From the NCBI RefSeq assembly GCF_009914755.1, contig NC_060941.1: a stretch of 64,000 nucleotides of DNA; one strand, written 5' to 3'. A model generated the notes under the pieces. That model saw only the letters and a program-made list of their open reading frames with translations, was not told where the DNA came from and did not search any database. The stretch is from the human T2T-CHM13v2.0 reference genome, Homo sapiens. Positions within the stretch are counted from its first letter, which is position 1; the number at the start of each line of letters is the position of its first letter. Both the position numbers and the translations under genes were made by a program. Below are positions 52,774 through 64,000 of the stretch, piece by piece.

Positions 52774-53178
52774 TCAAGCAAACAAGCTTCTCTGATTTGC
52801 CACGAGAGCTGTTTGACTCTCCCGTCTCTTGGCTTTCTTGCTCCTTTGTCTCACTTTCCAGCACAAGGCACTGGAGGCTAGTAAAAAAAGTCCAGATGAC
52901 AGAACAACCAGGCCAAAGATGGAGATAATAGACCCATGGGAATTGAAGCTGTAAGCCACCGCGGTGACCACGATGCCGGCGATGAAGACAACCACAGCAA
53001 AGGGGATGATGCAGCGGTAGCAGGAGAGCTCGGTACCCCCTGTAGCAGCCATCAACTGAATCTCACTGACCAGAGGGACTGTGGTGATCACAACTTCACT
53101 CTTGGGGCTCTTCTCCATCGTCGCTGCCATGTGAGCCTTTGGGGCTCCCAGGATCTCCTTGATGGGCTCTTCAGTCAT
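52774..53178 (-). CDS. TMEM100: Transmembrane protein 100 (134 aa, two TM helices; single coding exon)
   Basis: ORF MTEEPIKEILGAPKAHMAATMEKSPK...RRESQTALVANQRSLFA is recognisably human TMEM100. Two hydrophobic segments (IIPFAVVVFIAGIVVTAVAY; IISIFGLVVLSSGLFLLASSALCW), basic C-terminal KAKRR motif, A at -3 of the ATG. Confidence 0.97.
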   Translation of the reverse strand: MTEEPIKEILGAPKAHMAATMEKSPKSEVVITTVPLVSEIQLMAATGGTELSCYRCIIPFAVVVFIAGIVVTAVAYSFNSHGSIISIFGLVVLSSGLFLLASSALCWKVRQRSKKAKRRESQTALVANQRSLFA

Positions 53179-54726
53179 TTTTACAACAGTGCTTCTAAGC
53201 TGGGTTTACAGACTAGATCTGGACAGTCTCACCAGGGTGAAAGCTGTGAAGATAACAGGAGATGTCAGCTACATGTATCAGAATGTACACCCTGTAAGCA
53301 GAAATGAAAAGCTGGGGAGGCACCTCCTTTCTAGGAGGCACAGATCCATGTGAAAAGCAACTTTACTCTTTTTTTGAATTGGTTGCATTCTCTTTGCATT
53401 TAGGCAAAAAATAAGATGAAGCAGATGCATATGAAGGGAAGACAGAAAAAGCAGGAAGCACTTACAGTGTTTAATATACCCTGGCGGTCTACAAAAGTTT
53501 TACAAGCTTTTCTGCTTTGTCTATTGCTTCTCCTTCCTCTGAATACACAGAAATGCCTGAATCCTAATCCAAAGATGGTCTCATTCAAGAGGAGAATACA
53601 TTACAAACAATATTTCGTACCATTAATCCCAGAACTTACAGCAACTCAGACTCCGCCAATCTTGCTGGGCATAACATGCATTCTTTGCAAACTATCACCC
53701 ATTGGCTGCCCACAAAATCAATGTCAAGGCAAGTGGCCAGCAACAAATGATGTTCTTCTCCATTGAATGACAGCCAACAAATCTTTATTGTGTTACTATT
53801 AAACACAGTGCAACCTGCTCCCTGGGATCTTTTTATTACCCACTTTAGGTGGACAGTTCAGCAAAAAATTCATTGAAAATGAGGTGGGGATTTGTGGTCT
53901 GAAGTGTAACAATATCTTCCAATCTGCTATAAAAGAGAAAAAATAAGAAAAAAAAATTCAACCCCTTCATAGGATATAATTTTGTGCTTTCTCTTGGCAA
54001 AATAAAATCAATTATTTGAGTAATTAGCTGTCAATTCACAAATTTTCTATTAAGCTCAACACAAAATTTCGATATTATGTATACTACAACATGCAGAAAC
54101 AAATAAGCATGCTAGGTTTTCAGGAAACTTTCACAACCTTCATTTTCCTCCATGCCTTTGTGTATAAAACTTGCTGCAATGACCCTTTCTAAGTATTTCG
54201 TACCTGAACATTTCAGGACAAAGCTTGAGACTTTTGATCAAAAGTATCTGGTTGAAATGCTGTCTATGAGAAATCAGTGAAAACTTGTCTGCTGCTCAGA
54301 CATGGTTGAGTCACTGTCTTCCATTCTCAAAAAGCTGTCTAGCTGCTACACAGTTGAGCAGTTGTAGTTACCGAACAAGTTTAAAGAAAGATACTTGAGA
54401 CCATTTCAATGAGATTCATACTTTAAATATATTAAGCATCCACTGAAAACAAATTCAACTCCAAATCAAACCTCACTGGTTCTTCCCTGCTCTGGAAAGT
54501 CAAAATATCACTCCCTGAGCAATGAAACTAAATCTTAGAGCTGCCTACTCACATGTCATTTTTAATCACCAAACTAATTAATCACTGTTGTCCAATGACA
54601 CCCTAACTTCTGGTGAGGCCAGTTAAAAGATATTTGAGATTATGTCTGAAAAAAATAACTTCACCCCAAAGCTGAGATTGAGCTAACCTGAAAATCAAGA
54701 TCTGTCCCCAAATTACTTACACTCAC

Positions 54727-54869
54727 CTCGGAGAGAGGCAATCCATTACCAGAGTAACCACTTGACTTGGAAGACAAGAAACAGCAACGCCTGAGCCTCT
54801 TCGTCCAACTTCTGGGAAAGAGCCTCTAACAGCAAGGCTGTCAATAAAACAATAGGTTAGGGATCTCTT
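54727..54869 (-). other. TMEM100: TMEM100 non-coding 5'UTR exon (internal in the long isoform; probably extended 5' as first exon of a short isoform)
   Basis: Pyrimidine-rich acceptor ending tttcctttccccAG|aagag at 54870/54869; donor CCGAG|GTGAGT at 54727/54726. Confidence 0.75.
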
Positions 54870-54899
54870 CTGGGGAAAGGAAAAGATGTAAAAATACTT

Positions 54900-55330
54900 T
54901 ACTATAGGGTCTGCTCTGGTTTGGGATCCTGGAGTTCCTGCTTCTTTCAGGCTACCTCTGTTCCTAAATGACGCTTGTCTTTCCCTCCCTCTCTCTTTTT
55001 ATTCCCTCCCCCTCGGGTTTGCCCCTCCCTAACATTTTTTTTTTTCCTTCGTTCTTTTCCTTGCCAGCAGATTCTGAGTTTTGGCTTCCCCCAGCTTTGC
55101 TCAGTGACATGATGAGTCCGAATCATTTCTACAGATTCCCCAGAGACAGGAGCCAGCTTTTACTTTTTCTCTTGCAGCATTTACTAAGCGGACTGCTTTG
55201 TGAATTTGAATGACTCATTTTTTCCCCCGCCGACCTCCAGATCTTCCTCCCGTCCATCAGGCATTTTTATAAGAAAATCCCAGAGTCAGCGTTGCAGACC
55301 CGGCTGAGGGGACAGAGCCGAGGGGACAGA
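54900..55330 (-). promoter_or_regulatory. Putative proximal TMEM100 promoter
   Basis: Repeat-free, locally CpG-enriched stretch just upstream of the 54869 exon. TATAAAAA on the minus strand at 55271-55264, AP-1 TGACTCA at 55211-55217, CRE half-site TGACG at 54969-54973. Confidence 0.5.
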
Positions 55331-57802
55331 TACTCTAGGGTGGCAGAAACAGCTGTGAAGTCATCAGGCAGCTGAATTCAGTCTCTAAGCCAGCAAAAAT
55401 CCATGTTCCTAGGTTTTCCATTATTCTTTATATGTGCGTGATAGTCATCTGAAGCTTAAAACCCCACTTGTTGAGTGTTAATTCATTTAGGAATGAGGGT
55501 GGGAGGCACAAATGTTTGTGGTTAAGGGGGAAAGCCAGTTATATTGATTTAAACATGATTGTTTACTGCTTTTGCAAGGAGGTAACTTTAGCAGCACCAA
55601 GATTATCATCATCATGATAATTGCTACCATTTATAGAGCACCTACTGTGGACATGGCACAATATTAAGAAATGTCACATATTAATGTTAATTCTCACTAG
55701 TTCATAAATGAGGAAACAGGCTCAGAGAGGTTAAGTAATTTAACAAAGATCACCCAGTAACAGAGACACCCTTGGTTTGAACCCTAATCTTTAATGGATA
55801 TATATATCATTTGGGGAGATTGTTAAATTTAGATTCTGATTCAGTAAGTCTGTAACAAGCTCCCTACCTATGTTGAGACCTCTGTTCCTTGGCCCACTTT
55901 AAGGATCAAGGTATTTTAAACATTCAAACATATACAACTTGACACATCATACTTAAACAATAAAGTTAAACATCTATTTCCCACCCCATAAACCTGTAAG
56001 TGACTTTATAGGTTTATGCTTTCTTACAGACAAACTGTGAAATTTTTAAAACCTTGAAACATATAAAGCCCAAGATTGTCTTTTTGAGGAGAAAAGATAA
56101 TACTGGGAGCTCATCCTACACTCTGTAGTTAAAAGTTTACATCCTCCATTTTTTCATCTGCACAAGTGTTAATAACCTCTTCTAATTAATACTGTGAACC
56201 ACAAATCCAAATTAACTCTTGGAAGAGATTTGTTTTCCATCTTTCTCTCAAATTGTTAGATTTCTCTAATAGCTGGCAAAGGGCTTGGATGTTCTCAAAC
56301 ATCTCGCCTCTCCTCTACCACAGCACACTCTCTCCAGCCTTGCCTTGTAGCAATACCCTGATGACTTGTCACAAAAAGAGAGGGACCAGAAGTTGTTTAT
56401 TCTGGAATGAAAGCCAGAGAGAGGGTTATGTCCTTATAAAAAATAAAGTTGAAAAGTCCCTGAGGTTGGGGGAGTCATGGCAAGTACCTGGAGGCCTTGG
56501 TCACCATGATCCTCACACTTTAAAAATGTCAGACCTAAAGAGACAGCTTTCATATCTGAGGAGTACCGTCACTTGGTGTTGAGGGTCAGGAATACTTAGA
56601 ACCAGGGCATTTCAGAACTTGCCAAAGTTGCCCCCGGAAGATGGTAAGATGGGGGCCGCTGGCTACGTACAATGGAGGTTCTTGAGAAGCTCCTTAACAG
56701 AGCTGTCTTCTCACCTGCAAACTCTGGCCCTTGAGGGCAATTCCCCTCTATTTTCTAGTACCACTTTGCCTGCAAGATAGCCCAATAACTGCACTGAAGC
56801 TCTGAATATCACCTTATTCTGTTGAAAAGCATGCTTTCCTGTTACCAAAGCTAAAGGTGCAAACATTGAACGTCTAGAGAGAGGACAATGGCAGCTTTTT
56901 TCATAGTAAGCCCTTGACTGAGTCTATAATGAGGCGCAGTGAGTGTGTCTGTGTCCTAGGAGCACAAATCTGTCATCACTTCCAATACCAAAGCTTTCTT
57001 CAACCTTGTCAGGCTCAGGTGCCTCATTCACACCAATGCTCCTCCACAGGGTGTGTGCACCTGCCTTGATACACAGGTACACATCTCTAGACTCTGAGTA
57101 GACAACCAATGATTTGTATTTTAAATTCAAAGAGGTAGAAAGTTTTGGTATAAAGCAGACATTGTATCAGAAGAATAGAAGCCTGTCATCCTAACCACTG
57201 ACACATGCAGCTTTAACTGACTTTACCTCTTCAAATTGAAATTCAAAGAGAATTCCTAGTGATCTATGCCTGTTGTTTCTGAATGTTTATTCCTCCTTCC
57301 ACTCTGTGTCTACAAAGTATTAAACACCCCTGGGCATCCTTTGGGGACACCTGCCCCCAAATGCAAAATTTCATCCACAATGCAACCAGCCTTATTTCTG
57401 CGAGCCCTCTATTTTCACAAAGAAGAGGAAATCTCTCTAGTTCTTTCTAAAGCACATGGCTTTAGGAGACTCCTTTAAGTTTGGAGAACTTTTCTCAAAG
57501 CCTCCAATGCATGAATTATATCTATGCCCCTAACCCCCATAGACATTCAACATTTCCTTCCCAGATCTTTCAAAAAGCAAAGCAAAGATCCTTACCTTTC
57601 CCAGCCAGAGTTAGACTGAGACAGCTGCCTGCCCTGCCAAGAGCAACCCAGACAGGGGGATGCAAATCACCACATTAGGGACCGTAAACAAAGTACTCAG
57701 CAAGGCTTAAACACAATTAAGGGACCGGAGACAATTTGGCAAGAGGAAATCCCTTAAATGCTGCTGGATTTTACTCTGTTGTCCTCCATGAAAATGTAAC
57801 CC

Positions 57803-57809
<7 letters not shown>

Positions 57810-57860
<51 letters not shown>
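57810..57860. repeat. (TG)25 microsatellite, intronic to the long TMEM100 isoform
   Basis: Pure GT run. Confidence 0.95.
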
Positions 57861-57863
<3 letters not shown>

Positions 57864-59910
57864 CAGACAGAGACAGAGAGAAAGGGCATCAAGTTTGAGA
57901 AGAATATCTTCCTTCACTTTTCTCTTTTTATATCTTTATTCAGGCACTAATTTGCAAGGTTTTTCCTATCCAAAGCCCCCATTCTGATGCTCTCCCTCTG
58001 TGAATCAGAACCTGCAGAAAAGAATTCGTAATCTTTGCTCTACATTTCTAAGGGAGTATGGGGTTGGAAAGTGTGTATGTAGGGGAATGGGACCATAAAC
58101 CATCCTCTTTCCCAATAACATGCAGGTAATAAAAGGAGTACAAGGAAGATTAGGATTAGTGGTGAGAATGGCATTTGGTGCCTGAGTGGACCCTCTCCCT
58201 AATGTCAGAGGAGTGGTCCTATTGGTGCTCTTCATTGGAGGATGTCAAGGCACCATAGAAATTATGTTATACTGAAAAATCACACCTCCGAGGTGACCTT
58301 CCACCAAAGGCATTGTAAACGGCAGAGCTGGGAACATTTGCTGTTCCAGAGAGAATGCCCCAAATTGCAAAAATCTCATTTTTTTTTCTTTAGAAACAAA
58401 ATGAAAGACAAAGTTACTTAGGGGAGAGGGGTCTGGGAGTGGAGGAGGGCAGGGAGCATGGTGTGTACTATGACAAAGAGGTCATTTTGCCCATTTCCCT
58501 AAAGTGGAAGCCAAAGATTCAGGCTCTAAGGTTGCAAAAGGGGATGTTTTGATTTTCCTATTGAGTTTGTGCTGTTGAAGACCTGGCAATTTCTCCTCTG
58601 GGAACACATGAAGTTCGCATTTTGTGAAGCATGCCCCCATGTGCATTTGATTACTCGCCTGTCTTTATTTCCAATTTGCTTTTGCTTGGTGTGTTTGAGC
58701 TGGCTAATTTCCAGCAGCCTTGAGGATGCCAGTTCCTCTTGGCCTTCTGTCCAATCACCACATGCCTTTGATCTCAGTCATCACCCAGTCCAATTGGATG
58801 CAGGGAGATTTGGGAAGCTGGCCAGGTTTTCTCCTCTCTAATGCTTCTTTTAAGGGTGTGCCTGCATTTATGTTCTGAAATCATGGACATTTTGGAAAGT
58901 GATCTGTGCTTCTGTGTTCATTTTGGATAGCAGGTCATGTTATTATTCCTCCTTTTCTTTTTTTCTCCTCCAAAACACTTTTCTTTGAGGTCTAGGACAT
59001 TAAATAGAGAGATCTGATAGTACCAAGAGGAACAATGAATGTGCCTTAGATATAAATCTGTATTTTACTAATTGGTGGTCAATTTCTAGGTATGGGAATC
59101 TCATAAGATCCATTTGAATATAGAAAGGGAAACATACATCTTTTAGATTCACATTACAATCCCCATTCTCTTACCCCATTTTGTTCTGAGTAACTATGAA
59201 AGGTCACATAAACATAAAAAAATAGAGCTGAGTAAATAATCTCTCACTTCAACAAGAACTAATTACCATTCTGGCCTCAGATGAGAAGAATTGATTTTCT
59301 TGTCTCAAAATCAGAATATACACCGAAACTCCTGCCATCCTGATACAACCCCATACATTTTGCATCGCATTTTATGTTTATGTACGTTATTCTTTGGAGG
59401 CCAAAGATGAGGAAGCCCGAAGTTCGAGAGTTACCTCAAAATGGGCTGACACTTTCTTTCCTAAGACAAATGCACACTCCTAGGGTCAGCCTCCCTTAGT
59501 GAGTGAGCTAAGGCTCACATATTCTGGGGCTTGCAGGAAACACACCATACTTGTTTTTTTTTCAGGGAGGAGAAGGGAAGGGATCACAATGACCTCACCC
59601 CTTTGCCACTCCTCCCTATACCTGATAGCATGGAGCCCTTTGGTGCTCGTTTACAGGAGAAATCTCCCCCTAGTCTCAGGTGCCAAATATCACTTGTCTT
59701 GGTCATAAAATTATGTACATAAACATTGTGTGGCACCCAGTCGACTCCTAATCGCTGTACAATTTCTAGGCTTTGACACCAATCTGATACTGGAAATTGG
59801 AAATCACCTCGCAACATGTAAAGTGTCCTAAAAACGGATAATCAATGGTATCTCTGTAAGGGTCAGTTAGCTTTTCCCCATTCCATAGTCACAGAGCAGA
59901 ATATACTTAC

Positions 59911-60092
59911 CGACCAGATTAGCCTTGTCTCAGTTAGGTAGCACTGGCCTTAAAATGACTGGCTCAGGATGGGCTCATCAGTGCTGGCCTCCTCCAGATA
60001 ATTGAAAGCACAGTTTAAACCATAGGTTTTAAGTTGCAGGCTTGGTAAGAGGAGCATGGAGGATATTTTTCACAAGTCACTTTTTAATTTTG
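59911..60092 (-). other. TMEM100: Probable upstream non-coding TMEM100 exon (182 nt)
   Basis: Very strong acceptor ccatttctttttttccctccccatttctttctcAG|caaaa at 60093/60092 and donor GTCG|GTAAGT at 59911/59910. Confidence 0.65.
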
Positions 60093-63000
60093 CTGAGAAA
60101 GAAATGGGGAGGGAAAAAAAGAAATGGAGGTTCAGAGACTGGCCCTGTTTCTGGGTTTAACTCCAGAACCTGGGCTCCTTCCTTCTGAACTGACGCACAC
60201 AATGTGCTCAGTTTGAAGAGGAAAGGGACACATTAACACAAGCATCTAACATGTACTACCCATAACACAGTCATCTCTCAGGTATTTGTATTTTATTTAA
60301 AGTGGCAGAGCCAGGTTTCAAATCTAGGTACCTCTTTCTTCTTCTATGTTGTGTTGTGAGGAATTCATTTTTAAAATTATATTATGTACATTTTCCTAAG
60401 TTTAGCTTAAGTCTCATTTTCTTGGGTTCAGGGTGATATCCTCTAACTAGATTTAGTTTGGGAAAAGTGCTCTGAAAAGGGGTGCCTACTGCTTCTAGAA
60501 TGATTAAGCCATGTATTTTGCCTTGTATACATCTGAGCATTAAAATAGAGCTGCATTACTAAGCAGATTTGGGTAGGTTTGAGGCCGGGACAGACATAGG
60601 CCTGGTACCTGCGGAATCCGTGGAAGATGCCATAGCAGTCAGGCCACTTCAAAAGTCACCCAGGCCATTCCTCTGCCTTCAGAAGCATTTTAGTTCCTGT
60701 GCTCCTTTGGGTGCCAGGAACTTGCTAAATGCTCTAGCTGAGCAGATGCAAAACAGTGGGCAAAGCATGGTCTCTGCTTTCATGGAGTTTACCATCCAGA
60801 ACAGGAAAGTCACAGGGACACCAACGTGGGTAATCCTTTTCTTGAAGGAATAACAAACGGCTGTGGAAGGCCCAGGGAAGATGAAATCAATTCAGGCCCA
60901 GGGGTGTGTGTGTGTAGGGGGTAGGGGGTGGTGGAGGTTGGAATCTTCATGGCACACAGGCATTTAACATTATAAATAGAAAAGGAAAGAACATGATTCT
61001 AGGTGGAAGAAACAGCCTGTATTCAAGCATAGCTTTGAAAAGTGCAAGTCTTCTACAAAGAGCACTGAGTAGCCTGTTTGGCAGAATTTTAAAGAGCACA
61101 GGGCAGGCAGAGAGCAGTCAAAATAAGACCGGAAATAGTTTATGGTCGGATTATCGCCTCGATGGCGAGTTTGGACTTTCTTTTGAGAGCAATGTGGTTT
61201 TGAACAGGATTGCACAGTGAGCTCTGTGCATTATAAACAGTAGCCTGACTTTATAGAGTGTTGGCATGTCCTAGGGAAAGTCAATATGGGGAAGAGGGAA
61301 AGCAGGTTGAGACACCAGTTGGGATGCCTCTGTGATTGTCCAGGTAAGAGGCAATGGGCACCTGATATTGGCAAACGCGGACAGGTAGGAAATCACTGCA
61401 ATGGTAGAATCAGCAAAACTCAGCAATGAATTTCAAGTGGGGAAAGTTATCAAGGGAGAGGAGTTTGTAAGGTTTTAAACTAAGTAATTAATAGCTTGAG
61501 GTTGCTGTGAGCAGAAATAGGTCAGGACAAGGAGTAGATGTGGGGCGAGGAATATGTGATAATTTTGTTAGCGTAGCTATTCACTTCTCCGGTGGAGAGG
61601 CAAATGCTAGAGAAGGTTGGCATTACTGCCTAACTAGTAAGTTATGATGCATTGTGTGAATTGTCAAAAAATTCTGTCATAGGCTCACAAATAAAATTTC
61701 GAGTAAAATTATGAATAATTTTATAATTCACTTCATTCCATATGCATATGCACACACACACAATTTTGCTGACACACATACAATATATACACACCAGCTG
61801 TGAGATTGCTAATGTTTTGCATAGAATAAAAAAAATTTAAGTATTCCAATTTGAGACTTTATTTTTACTGACCATATGCAAAGAATTTATTGATGATACA
61901 TTCAATTTTAAATTGCTTGAAAATAAGAACATAACTATGCAATTCTTTTTTACAGTGTTAGACATTATTTTAAAATAAGCACTACATAGATATCTTCTGG
62001 TAATGAAAATATTTTCTCCAGTGGTTACTACTCTAAGGTACTACTCATGAGGAAGGAATATATAGAAGGTTCTTGTCTTGCCACTTCACATATGGAGAAA
62101 CGCTTTTGCCTTACTAAGAACTAATTTTATGTTGCCCCCATGAGTGAATACTTTAAAAAAATAGCAATCCAAATCCACTACAGATTTATTTTGGAATGTC
62201 CTGTTTTGGGCCTCATGCAATGGAAGCAAGCCTTTATGTTGAGGGGTTTACCATGAACATGTTGGTTGGGAAATCATCTGTCAGTTCCTCAAGGACATTA
62301 TCAACAATTTTGCATGCTTAGAAAGTCATTGCCAAATAAGTCAATGAATAAATAAAATAATGACTCTACATTGAAATCGGATGTAAATTTAAAACTTAGA
62401 TAATTATTTAAATGGATTATTTTAAAGTACCCAGATATTTAGTGCTAAGTACATTAATTATTCCTTATCATTATAATGATAAATAGTAATTTATAAATGA
62501 ATAGTAATTATAGTAATTATTCAATTACATTTGGAAAATGGTGCCTAGGACTAGAACCAAAGTCTGATTGATGCCAAAGCATGTCTTCCTAATCCCTGTG
62601 GAATATTGTTTCTGTGTTCAAATGATGGCATGCTTTCTGTAGCTCATAAGGAGTAAACTTGCCTTCAAATAATCTCTTGGGTTTTAAAATGATTGCTTCA
62701 CCAGAAAAAAAAATGCCATTGCCTTCCCACAGAACCTCTGTAGTGTTATATTAATTGAGGATAGAACTAGCTCAACAAATCTTTTGGGAGCATTTTTATC
62801 CTCTTAAAAAGTCTTTGATATTCACGATGTGTGTGGGTAGTAGGAAACAGAACACTTTGCCCAGCTGAACTGAGTTCAAAATAGAACTGTTTATCTAATG
62901 AACTTATCTTATGGAACAATGCAGAGAACAGATCTCTTGCTCTCTTTCTTTAGATAAAATTTTTAAAGTCTCGTTTTGTAAAGGAGACAGAACTTTGCTG

Positions 63001-64000
63001 TCTCCTTCTTGTTTACTTAAATAAACTATACAGGAAACAGGCATTATTGTCTTTGAAAAAGCAATGTAAAAACTTGGTAAAACCAATGATCCCCAGAGAG
63101 TACACAGCCACAGAATGAGAACACGATGTTTCTTCCATCAGGGCACACAGAAGGGCACCGAGTCTACTTTGAATTCCAGCTGTACATTTGTACCCAGTTA
63201 ATGAATCTGCTGTTGATAACTTTGGATGACTTCCAGTATGATGGACTCAGTAGTCTCAGGGAAACCTTGCTTCCCTGATTTATTTCTTGCTATTTATTTT
63301 CTAAGTTTAACTTAGTTTGCAAAACTTTCTTTACAGCACTGATAGGGCTTGATTACCTTATTTTTACAGCGCTAATAGGGCTTGATCATCCTTTTTCTAG
63401 AATCTAGGTTATAGCATGAGGTTTTGGATCGCTTCCACAATAAAATGAACATTTCTGACTCTCCAATATTATGCAATTAAAATTAGCCATTAACTGAAAG
63501 TCGAGAAACTTGAGTTTGATTCTTTTCCTCTTTGTGGCTTGGGCAAGTCACCCAACTTCTGAGTGCTCTATTGTCAGATCTCAGGATTCCATCTGTAGAT
63601 ACTTCATTATTCTTTTCTTAGAAAAAAAAATCCTATCTGGGCTCAGAATATCAGAGAACTGAGACAAGACAACTTGGGGAAATAGCTAACACTACTACAC
63701 AAGCTACCAGAACAGCTGTAGGAAGCCTCTTTTTTAAAAAAATATTCCCTGATGCAACATCTGTCAGCAAAGCCACTGACCTTTTACTGTGGATAGTCAT
63801 CTATTTCCATGTGAAGAGAGTCACAGGCGTCTGGCTCGGGGACTGACTGCAGCACAAAGGTTTTCTTCAGTCCCAATCAGAAATTCTAGGTTTTCAGGTT
63901 CGCACACTAATTTTCACTCCTTCTTACCCAAAGCCAATGCAGTAAGGAGCATGGGGTGTCCAATACCATAATAAACTGTAAACTGCATTTGAAAGGAAAG

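Larger units (their letters stand above)
51737..53243 (-). other. TMEM100: TMEM100 terminal exon (end of 5'UTR + CDS + 3'UTR)
   Basis: Minus-strand acceptor gctgacatctcctgttatcttcacAG|ctttc at 53244/53243, with an alternative ttttcatttctgcttacAG|ggtg at 53292/53291. AU-rich 3'UTR. The 3' end is approximate, inferred from ATTAAA at 51762-51757. Confidence 0.7.

Noticed and set aside
52608-53353. + strand ORFs of 106, 123 and 64 aa overlapping TMEM100
   Set aside because: Antisense shadow ORFs of a GC-richer coding region; no recognisable product.
59968-59982. ACTGATGAGCCCATC (TDEPI) resembling the TMEM100 N-terminus ACTGAAGAGCCCATC (TEEPI)
   Set aside because: A 14/15-nt match with no flanking similarity; compatible with chance in 64 kb.
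60901-60940. G-rich tract as a G-quadruplex candidate (also 51185-51199)
   Set aside because: Only three separate tracts of three or more G; weak support.

Overview
Human (primate) genomic DNA containing the TMEM100 gene on the minus strand. Its 134-aa CDS (53178-52774) lies entirely in the last exon. There is an AU-rich 3'UTR ending near 51740 and non-coding 5' exons inferred from splice signals at 54869-54727 and 60092-59911; the most distal first exon probably lies beyond the window end. The ~51 kb downstream of the gene is intergenic and dominated by interspersed repeats: THE1/MST/MLT1 MaLR elements, an LTR12/ERV9 solo LTR, MER57, LTR16, Alus, L1/L2/MIR relics, hAT MITEs and (TG)n microsatellites. 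All other ORFs in the track look spurious. I see no new gene system. The most interesting signals are: (i) a splice-tunable uORF in the TMEM100 5'UTR; (ii) a rearranged THE1 element with an internal inversion, junction microhomologies and a 136-bp inverted repeat; (iii) an LTR12 with a CCAAT array and a newly created splice donor pointing antisense into TMEM100; (iv) a candidate endothelial enhancer near 39 kb. Repeat subfamily names come from recalled consensus sequences and need RepeatMasker/Dfam confirmation.
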